Positions 29,763-41,830 of a stretch of DNA of 64,000 nucleotides are shown piece after piece. The stretch is taken from the NCBI GenBank assembly GCA_012295275.1, contig CM022666.1, positions 15,128,001-15,192,000 of the forward strand. Direction: 5' to 3'. Within the stretch, counting starts at the first letter, position 1, and each line of letters begins with the position of its first letter. The notes beneath the pieces are model-generated. The model was given only the letters and a program-made list of their open reading frames with translations, did not search any database and was not told where the DNA came from. The translations under genes were made by a program, and so were the position numbers. The stretch is from Chrysomallon squamiferum (Eukaryota > Animalia > Mollusca).

Positions 29763-31223
29763 TAATAATAATAAAAAAATTTAAATAAAATTTAAAAAAA
29801 ATTAAATTAAATAAAATTTAAAAAATAAAAAATAAAATTTAAAAAATAAAAAATAAATTTAAAAAAATAAATTAAAATAAAATAATAAATTAAAAACCCC
29901 AATAAAATGTAATTAAATTAAAAAAAAGTAATACAAAAATATTTAAAAAATAAATAAATAAAATTAAAAATTGAAAAAATTATTTAAAAAAATTGAAAAA
30001 TATATGTAATGATAATAATAATAACAATCATGAAAATAATGATAAAAAACAATGATAATAATAATCATGATAATCACAGTAAAAGTAACAACAACAATAA
30101 GATAAAAAGTAGTAACAACAACAAACAATGAGAAAGAAAAAATAATAATAAAAAAAATACTACTACTACCTCTATTGGCTACAGAAATAATAATAATAAT
30201 AATTAATAACCAGAACATATATCTTTATTTAACAAATGGAAATACATTTCCAATATTGAAGTAGTGCTGGATATCTGTATTCAGAATATCCTTTGCAATC
30301 AGTAAAAATGTTAAAATTATTTAAGTTTATCTTCAGAATCAAAATAAATTATGAATTCAACATGTGCATAAAAGCCTATTAAAGATTTATTTGTTAGTAT
30401 TATTTTTTAATTTCTTTTCTTTTAATTTACATTATTTTCCACCAGCATCTTTCTTTTTTTTTTCTTCTATTCAGGATATTTTCTATGACCTTTATATTAT
30501 TTTTTCACTGTTGCTGTTTTGACATTTCTGCTAAAGCAAGTGGTTCTAAATTGTGATAACTGCCCAATTAATCTAGTTATCAGGCTTTGTACAAAATATA
30601 TAAAAAATAACAATGTGAAAATAGTGGAAATAACAACAGCCATAATTAACAGTAATGTGTTATTACTCTATTCTTTCTTTTGTCTTCTTTTTCAGCCATC
30701 AAAATTATTTTTAGGTTTTTTTTAAACAAGGAAAGAGCAAGTTCTGACTGCTTGGTAGAGAAATTAGTTAAGAAGGAACAGGCTCCATACAGATTAATTG
30801 TGTATCACTGACTTTTGAACAGGATTATAAAAACTGTAATCTGACAACTCCAGATTAGATGAAATCATCTCTGTGAATGCTCAGATACATTTGTCTGATG
30901 TATATTTAGGATGTTCAATAATACCACTAACAGAAGACATTTTTCTTTTAAAAAAAATGTTTCATCTTCAACTCTTTATTTAAACTCTCTTGCCTCTTTC
31001 TTAAGTTAATCTTTATTAAAAGTTTGTGAAAACTCTTTATTTTAAGTTTAAACTCTAATGTAAATTACACTGTTCTCTCTCACCTTTTTCCTAAAGTTAA
31101 TCTTTATTTAAAGCTTAAACTCTACAGTGTAAATTACATTTTTCTCTCAGATTTACCTGGAGTTCGAGACAACTCTTTATATTAAGTTTAATATCTAATG
31201 TAAATCATATTTTTCTCTCTCAC

Positions 31224-31325
31224 CTTTTCCTGAAGTTCATCAAAAGCTCTCGTTATTTCACCTTCGTTTTTCTTGCCATATTTCTGCAGACCATTGTGTA
31301 GTCCTTCTCTGAAACCCTTCTCAAG
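31224..31325 (-). CDS. TSPAN7: Tetraspanin (TSPAN6/7-like), exon 4
   Basis: TTCAG|LEKGFREGLHNGLQKYGKKNEGEITRAFDELQEK|GTGAG; 102 nt; large extracellular loop helices with D..Q motif. Confidence 0.92.
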
Positions 31326-31524
31326 CTGAATACAAAACAGTTTAAAAATATGCATAATGGAACGTATTAGATAAATAAACCAAAATAAATTATGAACAGA
31401 ACAGTAACTGACATAAAATCTTTGTAAATATTCTCTAAATTTATTTTTAATGTGATTATTTTACTGAATGAACGTACGAGTTAAACTATCAGAAATAAAT
31501 ATATGGTTTTCATTTTGGAAGAAA

Positions 31525-31565
<41 letters not shown>

Positions 31566-32130
31566 GAAAAAGATAAAAAGTGAAAAACAAAATTAACTGA
31601 ATGTTCCATATAATTAAACTGGCAAAAAATCAGATGAATACTACAATGAAATGACATTCTTATTTTAAAAAATGCTCTTTATAAAAGTTAGGAAATAATT
31701 TTAATATAGGAACCTGTATTACCTATGATGTAAATATGTAAATGTTATGAAATACTGATTAATAAAAAAATTAAAATTTAAAATTAAATTTAAAAAACAA
31801 ATTAAATAAATTAATTTTTTTTAAAATTATTGCTATTATATATTTATATAGCCAGAATATAAAATGCTGAATTTAGAATTCCAGAACTAAAATAATATTT
31901 CAATTATGAACATCACATAATAATAATAATAATAACAATAATAATAATATTTTTTTTTTGAATATAAAAAACAAATAAATAAAAAGGTATTCAAAGATTT
32001 ATTTATATACAGGCACACTAATGCTATCAGTAAACAAAAATCACCTGACTTGAACAGAAGGCTGATCACATGATGGTGGATGATAATGATAATGATAATG
32101 ATAATGATAATGATAAAAATAAATTGTTAC

Positions 32131-32205
32131 CTTGTTTCTGTAGACCAACAGAGCTATTCCTGCGCTCAGTTCGACAATGAATACCAAAGCAAGGAAACCG
32201 CAGTA
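32131..32205 (-). CDS. TSPAN7: Tetraspanin (TSPAN6/7-like), exon 3
   Basis: TTCAG|YCGFLALVFIVELSAGIALLVYRNK|GTAAC; 75 nt; TM3 with the conserved Glu. Confidence 0.95.
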
Positions 32206-32543
32206 CTGAAGTAAATAAACACAGGACAGATTCAAAAATTAGTTTTGACAAAAGCCTCTTTTAAAATTTATAGTATTAACAGTAATGTCTTAAAATAAAT
32301 AAATAAATAAATGTTAAAACTTTACGTTATTGATGAAATGATGGTTAGTACTAAAATATTTTCAAGTAGTGGTAAGAAACTAATTAATACATAAGTACAA
32401 ACACCATTTTTTCTTTTAACCATATTCATAAATTTTTAATGATTTTTGAATACTTTTTATATATAACAATAAAAATTTAAAAAAAAAGCAGACATGTATA
32501 TGTTCTGTTATTCTGTCAGTGCATCAGTCTACATTAAACCTAC

Positions 32544-32732
32544 CATGTACAGGAAAAAAGAACTTCCTTTCACTGTGCAGCAACATCCAAGAGATCCAAT
32601 TACAACGATGACTGCACCAACGCCAATGAGGACATATGGAGCTTCTGGCTGATAGATGGAGGACAGCTCAAGATATTTATACAAGTCAACCTTCGTCCAA
32701 ATCCCGATAGACAAGATGACAATGCCAGTCAC
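32544..32732 (-). CDS. TSPAN7: Tetraspanin (TSPAN6/7-like), exon 2
   Basis: TTTCAG|VTGIVILSIGIWTKVDLYKYLELSSIYQPEAPYVLIGVGAVIVVIGSLGCCCTVKGSSFFLYM|GTAGGT; 189 nt covering the end of TM1, the small loop and TM2 with the GCC motif. Confidence 0.95.
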
Positions 32733-35429
32733 CTGAAATATATAAAATTGAATTTTGTTTTATGATACTTCAACTTTTTAAATTAAAGCATCCCTAAATT
32801 AATGAAAATGACATTAAGTTAACTACAGTCATGTTCCTTTGAAATCATAATCTCTTAAACAAATGTATTTGTGTGACTATTGATTGTATAATTCTTAAAA
32901 AATGTTCTCCATTTTTAAAATCCATCCACAAGCATTTTATTTTTTTATAATACAGTAATCCTACAGTATTTGAGAAAAAAAATAAAATCATTGTAATTGT
33001 TTATCTATTCTAAAACCAACTTGTGTTTTCATACCAATTCTTAATTATAATGCAAGTTACTTTGTCTTCAAAATGTTTTCAACAGTCCATATTTTGTACT
33101 TGTCTGGTAGGGTTAATCAAATATATAAGGAGTGTAATTAATTTTTTTCTTGATATTATGATAACATTAATGTTAAGCTTTAAATTTAGCAATTAGAAAT
33201 AAAATACTTCAAATTTAGCAATTAGAAGTAAAATACTATCACATTAAAAATAAATGACCTCTACAACTTTGTTAATAATAATAATACAAAAATTAAATTA
33301 AGGACAGTTTTTTAAAAGTATGTAAACCCATGTTAACACTGAAACTTACTAAAAAATGTAACTATTATTATTTCACATTTTTTTTTTTTTTTTAACTTAT
33401 ACCAATGGAGAGCTCTGCTATAATATTACCTGCATCAGGGTATGAAACTCGTTTGAAATGCATGACAGCAGAAAAACAAATTTGGGCCTCTAAATATTCA
33501 TTTTGAAAAAAGATTAAAACAATATGCTTTGAAGAGTCACTTATACAAATATGTGTGATATTTAAATTCTTCTTTGTCAAAGGCTTGGACATGTACTCAA
33601 GTGTTGCATTTAGCCAAGATGATCCAAATGGTCACGATCAGTTTTACGATAATGGGTCAGCAAAACTTATGGTTTTGTTTATCAAGATTACAATTAACTA
33701 CATGCATATCCGGTCCACAAAATTAGTGTTTACACATAGATGTTGGCAAATTAAGGTACGCCAATGTCCATTTTAATGAACTACTAGCAAACCTTTTATA
33801 TGAAATAAATATTTACAATAAAATTATTATATTATAACTTATAGCAAAGAAAAAAGATAGTCTAAATAATATTTCTTCGGTAACTCATCTATAATTTGTT
33901 TTAACATCCCAGTGCCCAAACTGAAGTTTGGTTGCATTTTGGTGACTGTCCATTTCGAGCCCTGCTTGTATTTGTGAATTGGCTTTGAAGTCTGGTTAGA
34001 AAACCATTAAAATCATACAGATACAGGTTCTGTATCTTGTTCCAGACAAACAATATGACTGGTGTAATTAAATCATCTACCCTTTACTGTCAGATTTCTT
34101 ATTTATAGGATTAAATCGTTAATACTTCTAATACATTTGACGTGTCATCTTTAGGCTGGTTACGACATAATCATGATAATGCTATAATCCCCTTGCGGCT
34201 TCTAATAGTAATAGTTATTTAGCATATTAAATAAATAATCTGCAAATCTGAGTAACATAATTAAATATGACGTACATTACTATAATCTTTAACAAGTGCA
34301 ATATTCTATATTGATTTTATATTCTTCGTGTGTGTCTCTACACTGATGTTAGGTATGTGGATAAATTTTTCAAACCCCACTAATCTGAAAATAAATAAGA
34401 CAGTTGGGTAGAGCTTGTAAACCACTTTAAAATGATAGCAAGATCAAGTGAGTATGTAAAAAATTAAGGAAGTAGCAGCAATTTTAAACCCCCGGAAAAG
34501 CAATTTTTTTCGTCCGATTAAACGCTATGTAAGTCATTAGAGGTCTGTGACCAAAAATAGTAATATTTTAACATTTTCCCCTCTATCTTTGTTAATAATC
34601 AAGCTTTCTTGATGAAATTTTCAGAGAAGACCAATGCCAATCTCTGCTATCGATTATATTTGAAAAAATTAAAAAGAAGTTATTAATTAAGATACCAGCA
34701 GCCTAACAAACGTAAGTGGAAAAAGTGCCGATTTTGTCCATTTCCAGCCCCACCCAAATCCCTTCTGTAAATTTTATCATGAAAAACAATTACACTCAAA
34801 TACAGATTAATATGCGCTCTTTTAAATGGTGATGTTGTTTTTGTTATGTGTTAAATCAGTAGTTTGTATGAGAGTGTTAAACGTGGTGGGGGTAAGCGAA
34901 CTTTGTGAACATCCCTAAAGCTAAAGCGGTGTCGCTCTACGAAGCGCTCATCTGAAGGCGGTGTCGCCTTTGCTCAACACCGACTATTTTTAGCAAGGCT
35001 ATTTTTAGCCCAGGAAGGTCAAAGTTCGATATTTCTAACATCGTACATGTCGTCGCTATTAATACCAATGGCGTGTAAATTTATAACAAAAGTTATGTCC
35101 ACAAATGTATATTGCTTGCCTAAAAATAAATTTAAAAAAAAAAAAAAAGATTAAGAAAGAAAGAAAAAAAAGAGTAACAAACATATAAAAGAACCTCTGC
35201 TATTTAAAATGATAGAAGCTATGTTTATATTTTTAGTAACTTTTGGGATGCATAGTTTTCTCCAGTGTTCGGATTTCTAAAGTATATACATTATAATATG
35301 AATACGATCAGAAATAAACTAACTTCGTGTTTTGCTTTAAAAATTCTTGCGATAAATGGCGAATTAAAAATCATAAACATAACAAACTGTACTACAAAAC
35401 AGTACAATGAATGTATTCTGTGAATCTAA

Positions 35430-36830
35430 GTACCAGAGGTATTCATAGAATATTAAATACGAAACGTACAACTTTTTCTTTTTAATCGTAAAACCATAAA
35501 CTGATAAATCATAAAGTGTTCAGTTTTAAAACTTAGGCTATTTTTGCTTCAAATTTTGATTTGCTCCATCAGAGAAAACATTAACAATGGTCACATGATA
35601 CATTGATAGGTATCTTTTGTTTGCTGTCAAATCACAGGAAGTACAAACACAAAGCCATGAAAATTCTATTGTCTGCTTCAAATGACACTTATCATACCTG
35701 TCTTTAGTGTCATGATTACATACACAATGTATTGCTCCTAATTAAGACCGGCAATACCTTTCTGGAGTAGACTCCAATTTATTATACGAGTTTATGTATT
35801 GCAGAGGATTATAGATAAACATTAATTTGTTTATTTCAGAACGTATTCATATTATAATTATATTCAGTAAAAGTCATAACATATAATAAAACATGCATTA
35901 TACAAGTTATTAAAAATATAATCAACACAGATTATAGAAATATAATCATTTAAAATAGCACCAGTTATTTGTAGTTGAACATAAAGTCTTCGGTGACTTG
36001 ACTAGGTAGGAAACAATGCACGGCGATCTCGCTACGCACGTGCTACAATGAATAAGCTAAACATAGGAACATTGAAGAAAAACATACAATGATACAGCCA
36101 ACAGGTTATTAAAATATAAACAACATGAATTTATGTACCAGAGGTAGTGATAGAATATTATCACTATTTTTTTAATCATAAAACTATAAATTGATCAAAC
36201 TTAGGCTATTTTTGTATCAAGTGCTGATTTGCTCCATCAGAGAAAACAATAGCGATGGTCACATGATACATTGATAGGTATCTTTTGTTTGCTGTCAAAG
36301 CACAGGAAGTACGAACACAAAACCAAGAAAATTCTTTTGTCTGCTTCAAATGACAGTTACAATACCTGTGTCTTTAATTGTCATGATTACATACACATTG
36401 TATTGCTCATAATAAAGACCGGCAACACCTTTCTGGAGTCGACTCCAAGGATTATACGAGTTTATGTATTGCAGAGGATTATAGTTAACATCAAATGCTA
36501 GTAATCGGCAAAACAATATTAATTCGTTTATTTCAGAACGAATACATATTATATTTAGTAAAAGTCACAACATCCAATAAAACATGCATCCTACAAGCTA
36601 TTAAAAATATAATCAACATAGATTATAGAAATATAATCATTTCAAACAGCACCAGTTATTTGTAGTTGCACATGACTAGGTGGGAAACAATTTACGGCGA
36701 TTGTAAATAAAATCAACGCGATTTCGGTCTGTAGAAAACGTAAATTAACGGCGATTTCGCTAAGCACGTGCTATAATGTACACGCTGAAAATAAGAACAT
36801 TCAAGAAAAATATACAGCAAACAAGTTATT
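35430..36830. repeat. Diverged direct duplication (~670-700 bp x2) inside the transposon
   Basis: CTTAGGCTATTTTTG...GATTTGCTCCATCAGAGAAAACA...GGTCACATGATACATTGATAGGTATCTTTTGTTTGCTGTCAAA at ~35531 and ~36200; similarity extends over several hundred bp. Confidence 0.9.
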
Positions 36831-37144
36831 AAAAACAGAAATATAATCATATTAAAAGCGACACACCTTTCTAGTTGTACATACGGCAATTTCGGTAGGG
36901 TAGAAAACGTACTATAATGTACTCGCTGAAAATAAGAACATTCGAGAAGGAAAAACATTCAACCAATATAAAAAACATAGAAATATAATCATTTTCAACA
37001 GCGCCAGATCTTTCTAGCACATTTTAAAATTAAAACGCAAGCACACATGTATACACAATATTTTATTAAAAATGATATTTGAAATATTCGACAAATTGAC
37101 CTTTCTAACTGTACATAAAATCTACTAGAATTCAAAATTAAAAA

Positions 37145-40017
37145 TTAAATAGTTAGATCATCCTCAATGAGATCTGCAGCTAGAGCATGGATGTTCATAC
37201 AGTGGTCTACTGCATCTGCATACGATTCATTTACTCCCCAGTAGGCTACAACATATTTCTTACCTTTGGATGTGATCTTCTCTATCTTTCCATTGTATAT
37301 TGCTCTTTCTCCATCATCAATCCACGTATGGCGAATCATGCTACCCACTGAATTCCCTGATAAAAGTTCACTTACCTTTTCCAATTTATACTCTGAGAGA
37401 TCCGAGAATTCAACAGAGAGTCTGTCGATGTCTACACTTTTCAATCTTCTCTCCAGTCTGTTCCTCTCTGTGGTCTCCTTTGCCTGCAGCTTCTGTACTT
37501 GTCTCCTGTGTTGTTCTTTCCTCAGATTCTTCTGCTTGGTACGCCTGTCCTGTCTGTGTTGTTGGCCCATGTGGATCGCCGTTTTAATAATACGATCTCT
37601 TGTCTCCGCGTCTAGGGCATCAAGATAATCCACTGTCCTGTTTTTGATGGCCCTCATTTTACATGAGATGTAGCAGAGAGTAGCATTTGGGGATTTCTTC
37701 TGTAAGGAACTAAACATCCCCATAATCTCTTCTGCATCAATGTTGTGACATCTGGCCGACCGTGTCTCATTCCTCAGTCTCTCAGTGAGATCGCAGTGGA
37801 AGTATCTGTTGTACTGCCGTTCAAGGACAACAACCGTTGCATACAAACAACTCTTCATCATGTTCGCAAACAGGGAGATGTCTTTTGGCGCTCCTTGGAG
37901 CATCTCCAGAGTTGGTTCTTGCAATAGTATATGTCCAAAAAATCTATCTTGCATGACAGAGTGTCTTCAGGGGACTGTGCACTGACTTTCAGTTTGGCAA
38001 TAACTTGCTTGACAAGCTCAATGCCCTGAATGTGGTTTACTTGTTTTGGGGCAACTGCTGATTGGTAGAACTTGGTCATCCAAGGTCCACTGAGCAGTTT
38101 CCCAATAAGTCCAAGCACCTGCATTTCCACTTGTGCAGGAACAGACACAAAGTCTGCTAGGATGCTATGCCGTAAACCACCACAAGATACACCCTTCTGC
38201 AGAAAACTCTTGAATAAATTATGGAAGCGAGTGAAAACGCCACATATATGAAAAAGGATATGTAGGCGGTTACCTCTGTATCTGGGTAAGATCCCACGTG
38301 CCAAGTTTTCGTGGTCCAGAAAAATGATGAAACCACGAGGATCACCCTTGCTATCCATAAACCTCATTTTGTTCATCTGCACGACTATGTTTCCAGCCAA
38401 ACAGTCTGTCCCTTTAAGTTTCTTTTCTATTCTGATTTCTGCTTCACATACCTTTAGAGCAGCACGAGTTTTTGTTGCAATTGAGTCCAATGGATGCAAA
38501 TGGCAATTTAATTCATTGAGTGTTTTGCTCCACGTTTCATTCAGAAGCTGAATTGCAGCATGATTTGCAGGGCATCGATCAGTAAGGGTATTACAAATAT
38601 TAGAAATTATTTTTGTTCTTGCAGTTTGATAATCATCCTCATGAAAGTTTGAGTATGTTCTGGCCAAGTTATTAATAGAGTCAGATATGTGCTCATGGTA
38701 ATCATCAGCAGTCCCACCAGCCAGTTCATCAACTGCAGCAACATAACAGTTCTCTGGTGTGGTAATGTGGACACTGTTCACATGTGTGCCCTCCTGTGTT
38801 GTGGCATCAAAACCAAGTGTGCAGCTTTTATTTTCAATTACGGCTTCAGCTGCCTGTAATTCCGTTATTACTCCAAGTTCCCTTGTCATTGCCTCAGTAG
38901 TGGTTCTGTGTGGGATGTCCTTCAGTGGAACACCACACCGCCAAAAAAACTTCTGAAGAAGAACAGGGATATTGCTGGTTGGCACCTGATTAACAATGGC
39001 ATCGAATACCATCATTCTTAGGTCTGCAGAATAGACCTTTCCATTATATTTTGTCAATTTTAGTTTACTAACTGACTCATGAAGCTTTTCTTCAAGCAGG
39101 ATTTTATCTCTCTGGAGATCAATTATCTCCTTTTGTTTTATTTCAAGTTTTATTTTAAGTTCAGAAATTTCGTTTTTGGCAGACAGCAGCAGAGTTTCTG
39201 ATTCAGTTTTATTCTTTTTTTCGTTGTGGTACTTTTTCATTTGTTCGTGGGTTTTTTTAAAGTTTGACAGAGTAGATTTTGCCTCATGCATGATCACCTT
39301 TGAAACGGTACTTTGTTCTTGAAATTTTGCTATCTGTTCCTCTTTCCGTCTGATTGTCTGGTTTAAGAATTTTACGTATCCCTTTTTCTTTTGCTGTGCT
39401 CTCGCATCTCGGATTGCAATTTGTGTAGACCTTTGAAGCTGTAGCTGTTTTAGTCTCATATTTGTTAAGGAGTTATTTAATAACTTGCATGAAAGGCATT
39501 TTTTTGTTTGTCTGGTTTTCATGGGTGGTTTTGTCAATATTGGAATAGCAGGTTCCTCTGTATCTTCTCCACAGAGTGAACTGCTATCCAATAGATTGTG
39601 TGGTTCTGGGGAAGCAGTAACGTATTGTGGGTTGCATCTTGGTCCAGGTTGGGGCTCATCTTGTTTTCCGGGTACATCCTCAAGATTACAGCTTTCCGTC
39701 AGTAAAAAATTTTCTGAACATAAACACATAAATTTGGTAAATTGTTCAGCATGACGAAACTTGTCGAACTGGTACACAACTTTCTTCACTTCAGCAGAAA
39801 GTCTCAACACAGGGTTAGGAGTTAGTGAAAAATGACTACATAATTCACTAACTGTTGTTGCTCGACTGTTACCACAGCTAGTGTAAATATAAAGCACGTG
39901 TCCTTTCAAAAACTCATCTGTTGCAGGAACTGTGGAATACTTTTCTTGCAGATGCTGTCTACCTAAGCTCGGTTGGTTACATCTAATTAGGCACTGTCTC
40001 TTGTTACTGAAAGGCAT
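37145..40017 (-). CDS. DDE transposase (hAT-like, ~957 aa) with one frameshift at ~37940
   Basis: ORFs 37858-40155 and 37145-37954 join if the A6 run at 37937-37942 is A7 (..SCKIDFFGHILLQ..). Motifs: coiled coil, GFDATT (D1), LTDRC (D2), NCHLH (C(2)H), YRGNRLHILF, HNIDAEEIMG (E). First ATG at 40017 follows a TTTTTCAG acceptor at 40032. Confidence 0.85.
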
Positions 40018-40559
40018 CTTTTGGTTATTCACTGAAAAAAACAAGAAAAGAGCTGAGAAGACAACTGAAATAAGTTTTAAAAAGTTGAAATTATGAAAGA
40101 CAATATTACCAAAATGAAACATCAACTGTGGGTCAAACCAAACACTGAAAAACAAAAAAAAAAAACACCATTATATGAAAAGAAATGCAAAAGTTGAATG
40201 ACCAATACAAATTAAATCCACACAGAATACAATAGCAAGTGCTTATTTGATTTGGTGTTTAGAAATTATAATTGTTTGGTCAATTTTATGATTTTAAAAT
40301 CCTAAAACATCTTGAGATTTGAGACAATTATGGATGAAAATACCAATATATTGTTAGGAACATATTTGTCCATCAATCTTATGTAAGATAATTTAAGAAG
40401 AATAAGTATTAAGTCAGCATAATCCATTCTCAAACGTAAGTCCTTATACAGGAAGTTTGGTCTGCCATGACACTTTCACTTCGGCGATCTAACGTCGAAA
40501 TAACCATGCTTGACGAGATAAAGATTAGAGTTACTAGTTAGCACGCTTGCAGCTGCTTG

Positions 40560-41830
40560 ACAAAATTTCAAAGACAATTAGATAAAAAAAACTACTTTTC
40601 ATTCGTCTCATGTAACCGGATTTAGTGACTGTAGCATGTTGAACATTCGTAATTTTGAAGAAAAAAACAGAAACTCAAACTGGCGATATAACGCCAACAA
40701 ACCATATTTCACGAGGTAAAAATTACAATTAAGAGCCTCGAAGCTGCTTCATAAAATTTCAAAGATAATAAAACTAATTATTATGTCCAGCTTCTTTTCA
40801 TTCGTGTCACATAACCGGTTTTAGTTATTGTAGCATGTTGAAAATTCCGTAAAAGTTTCAAGATGGCGATCGAAAACCGAAATTACACAGACCATATTTC
40901 ACGAGGCGATCATAACAATTGAATGCAACCATAACTTTTGATAAAATTTTAAAGACAGTAAGATAAAAAAACTAATTATTATGTCCAGCTACTTTTCGTT
41001 CGTGTCCAGTAACCGGTTATTGTAGCATGTTGAAAATTCCGTAAAAGTTTCAAGATGGCGACCGAACACCAAAATGATAACAGACCATTTTTGACGAGGC
41101 GATCATAACAGTTGAATGCGTCCAAGCATTTTGATAAAATTTTAAAGACAATAATATAAAAAACTAATTATTATGTCCAGCTACTTTTCATTCGTGTCAC
41201 ATAACCGGTTTTAGTTATTGTAGCATGTTGAAAATTCCGTAAAAGTTTCAAGATGGCGATCGAAAACCGAAATTACACAGACCATATTTCACGAGGCGAT
41301 CATAACAATTGAATGCAACCATAACTTTTGATAAAATTTTAAAGACAGTAAGATAAAAAACTAATTATTATGTCCAGCTACTTTTCGTTCGTGTCCATGA
41401 ACCGGTTATTGTAGCATGTTGAAAATTCCGTAAAAGTTTCAAGATGGCGACCGAACACCAAAATGACCAACAGACCATTTTTGACGAGGCGATCATAACA
41501 GTTGAATGCGTCCAAGCATTTTGATAAAATTTTAAAGACAATAAGATAAAAAACTAATTATTATGTCCAGCTACTTTTCATTCGTGTCACGTAACCGGTT
41601 TTAGTTATTGTAGCATGTTGAAAATTCTGTAAAAGTGTCACGATGGCGATCGAACACCGAAATGACCAAAATACCATATTTCACGAGGCAATCATAACAA
41701 TTGAATGCAACCATAACTTTTGATAAAATTTTAAAGACAATAAGATAAAAAACCAAAGTTAATGTCTACTTACCTTTCGTTCGTGTCCAGTAGCTGGTTT
41801 TAGTGGTTCAAGCGTGTTGAAAATTCGTAA
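40560..41830. repeat. Subterminal tandem array inside the transposon, ~195-bp monomer with A/B dimeric higher-order structure
   Basis: CTAATTATTATGTCCAGC recurs at 40774, 40972, 41164, 41361 and 41554 (periods 198/192/197/193). Units alternate between two sequence variants; there is a diverged copy at ~40560-40770. Confidence 0.95.

Noticed and set aside
37266-39754. Plus-strand ORFs overlapping the transposase
   Set aside because: Antisense shadows of a long coding region with no recognisable motifs.
40018-40155. N-terminal extension MFFSVWFDPQ... of the 765-aa ORF
   Set aside because: Begins at a non-ATG codon and runs through a polypyrimidine tract and acceptor, so it is most likely intron; the true start is ATG 40017.
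40560-41830. Regularly spaced repeats that could suggest a CRISPR array
   Set aside because: Whole ~195-bp units repeat with no unique spacers; the context is eukaryotic and there are no cas genes.
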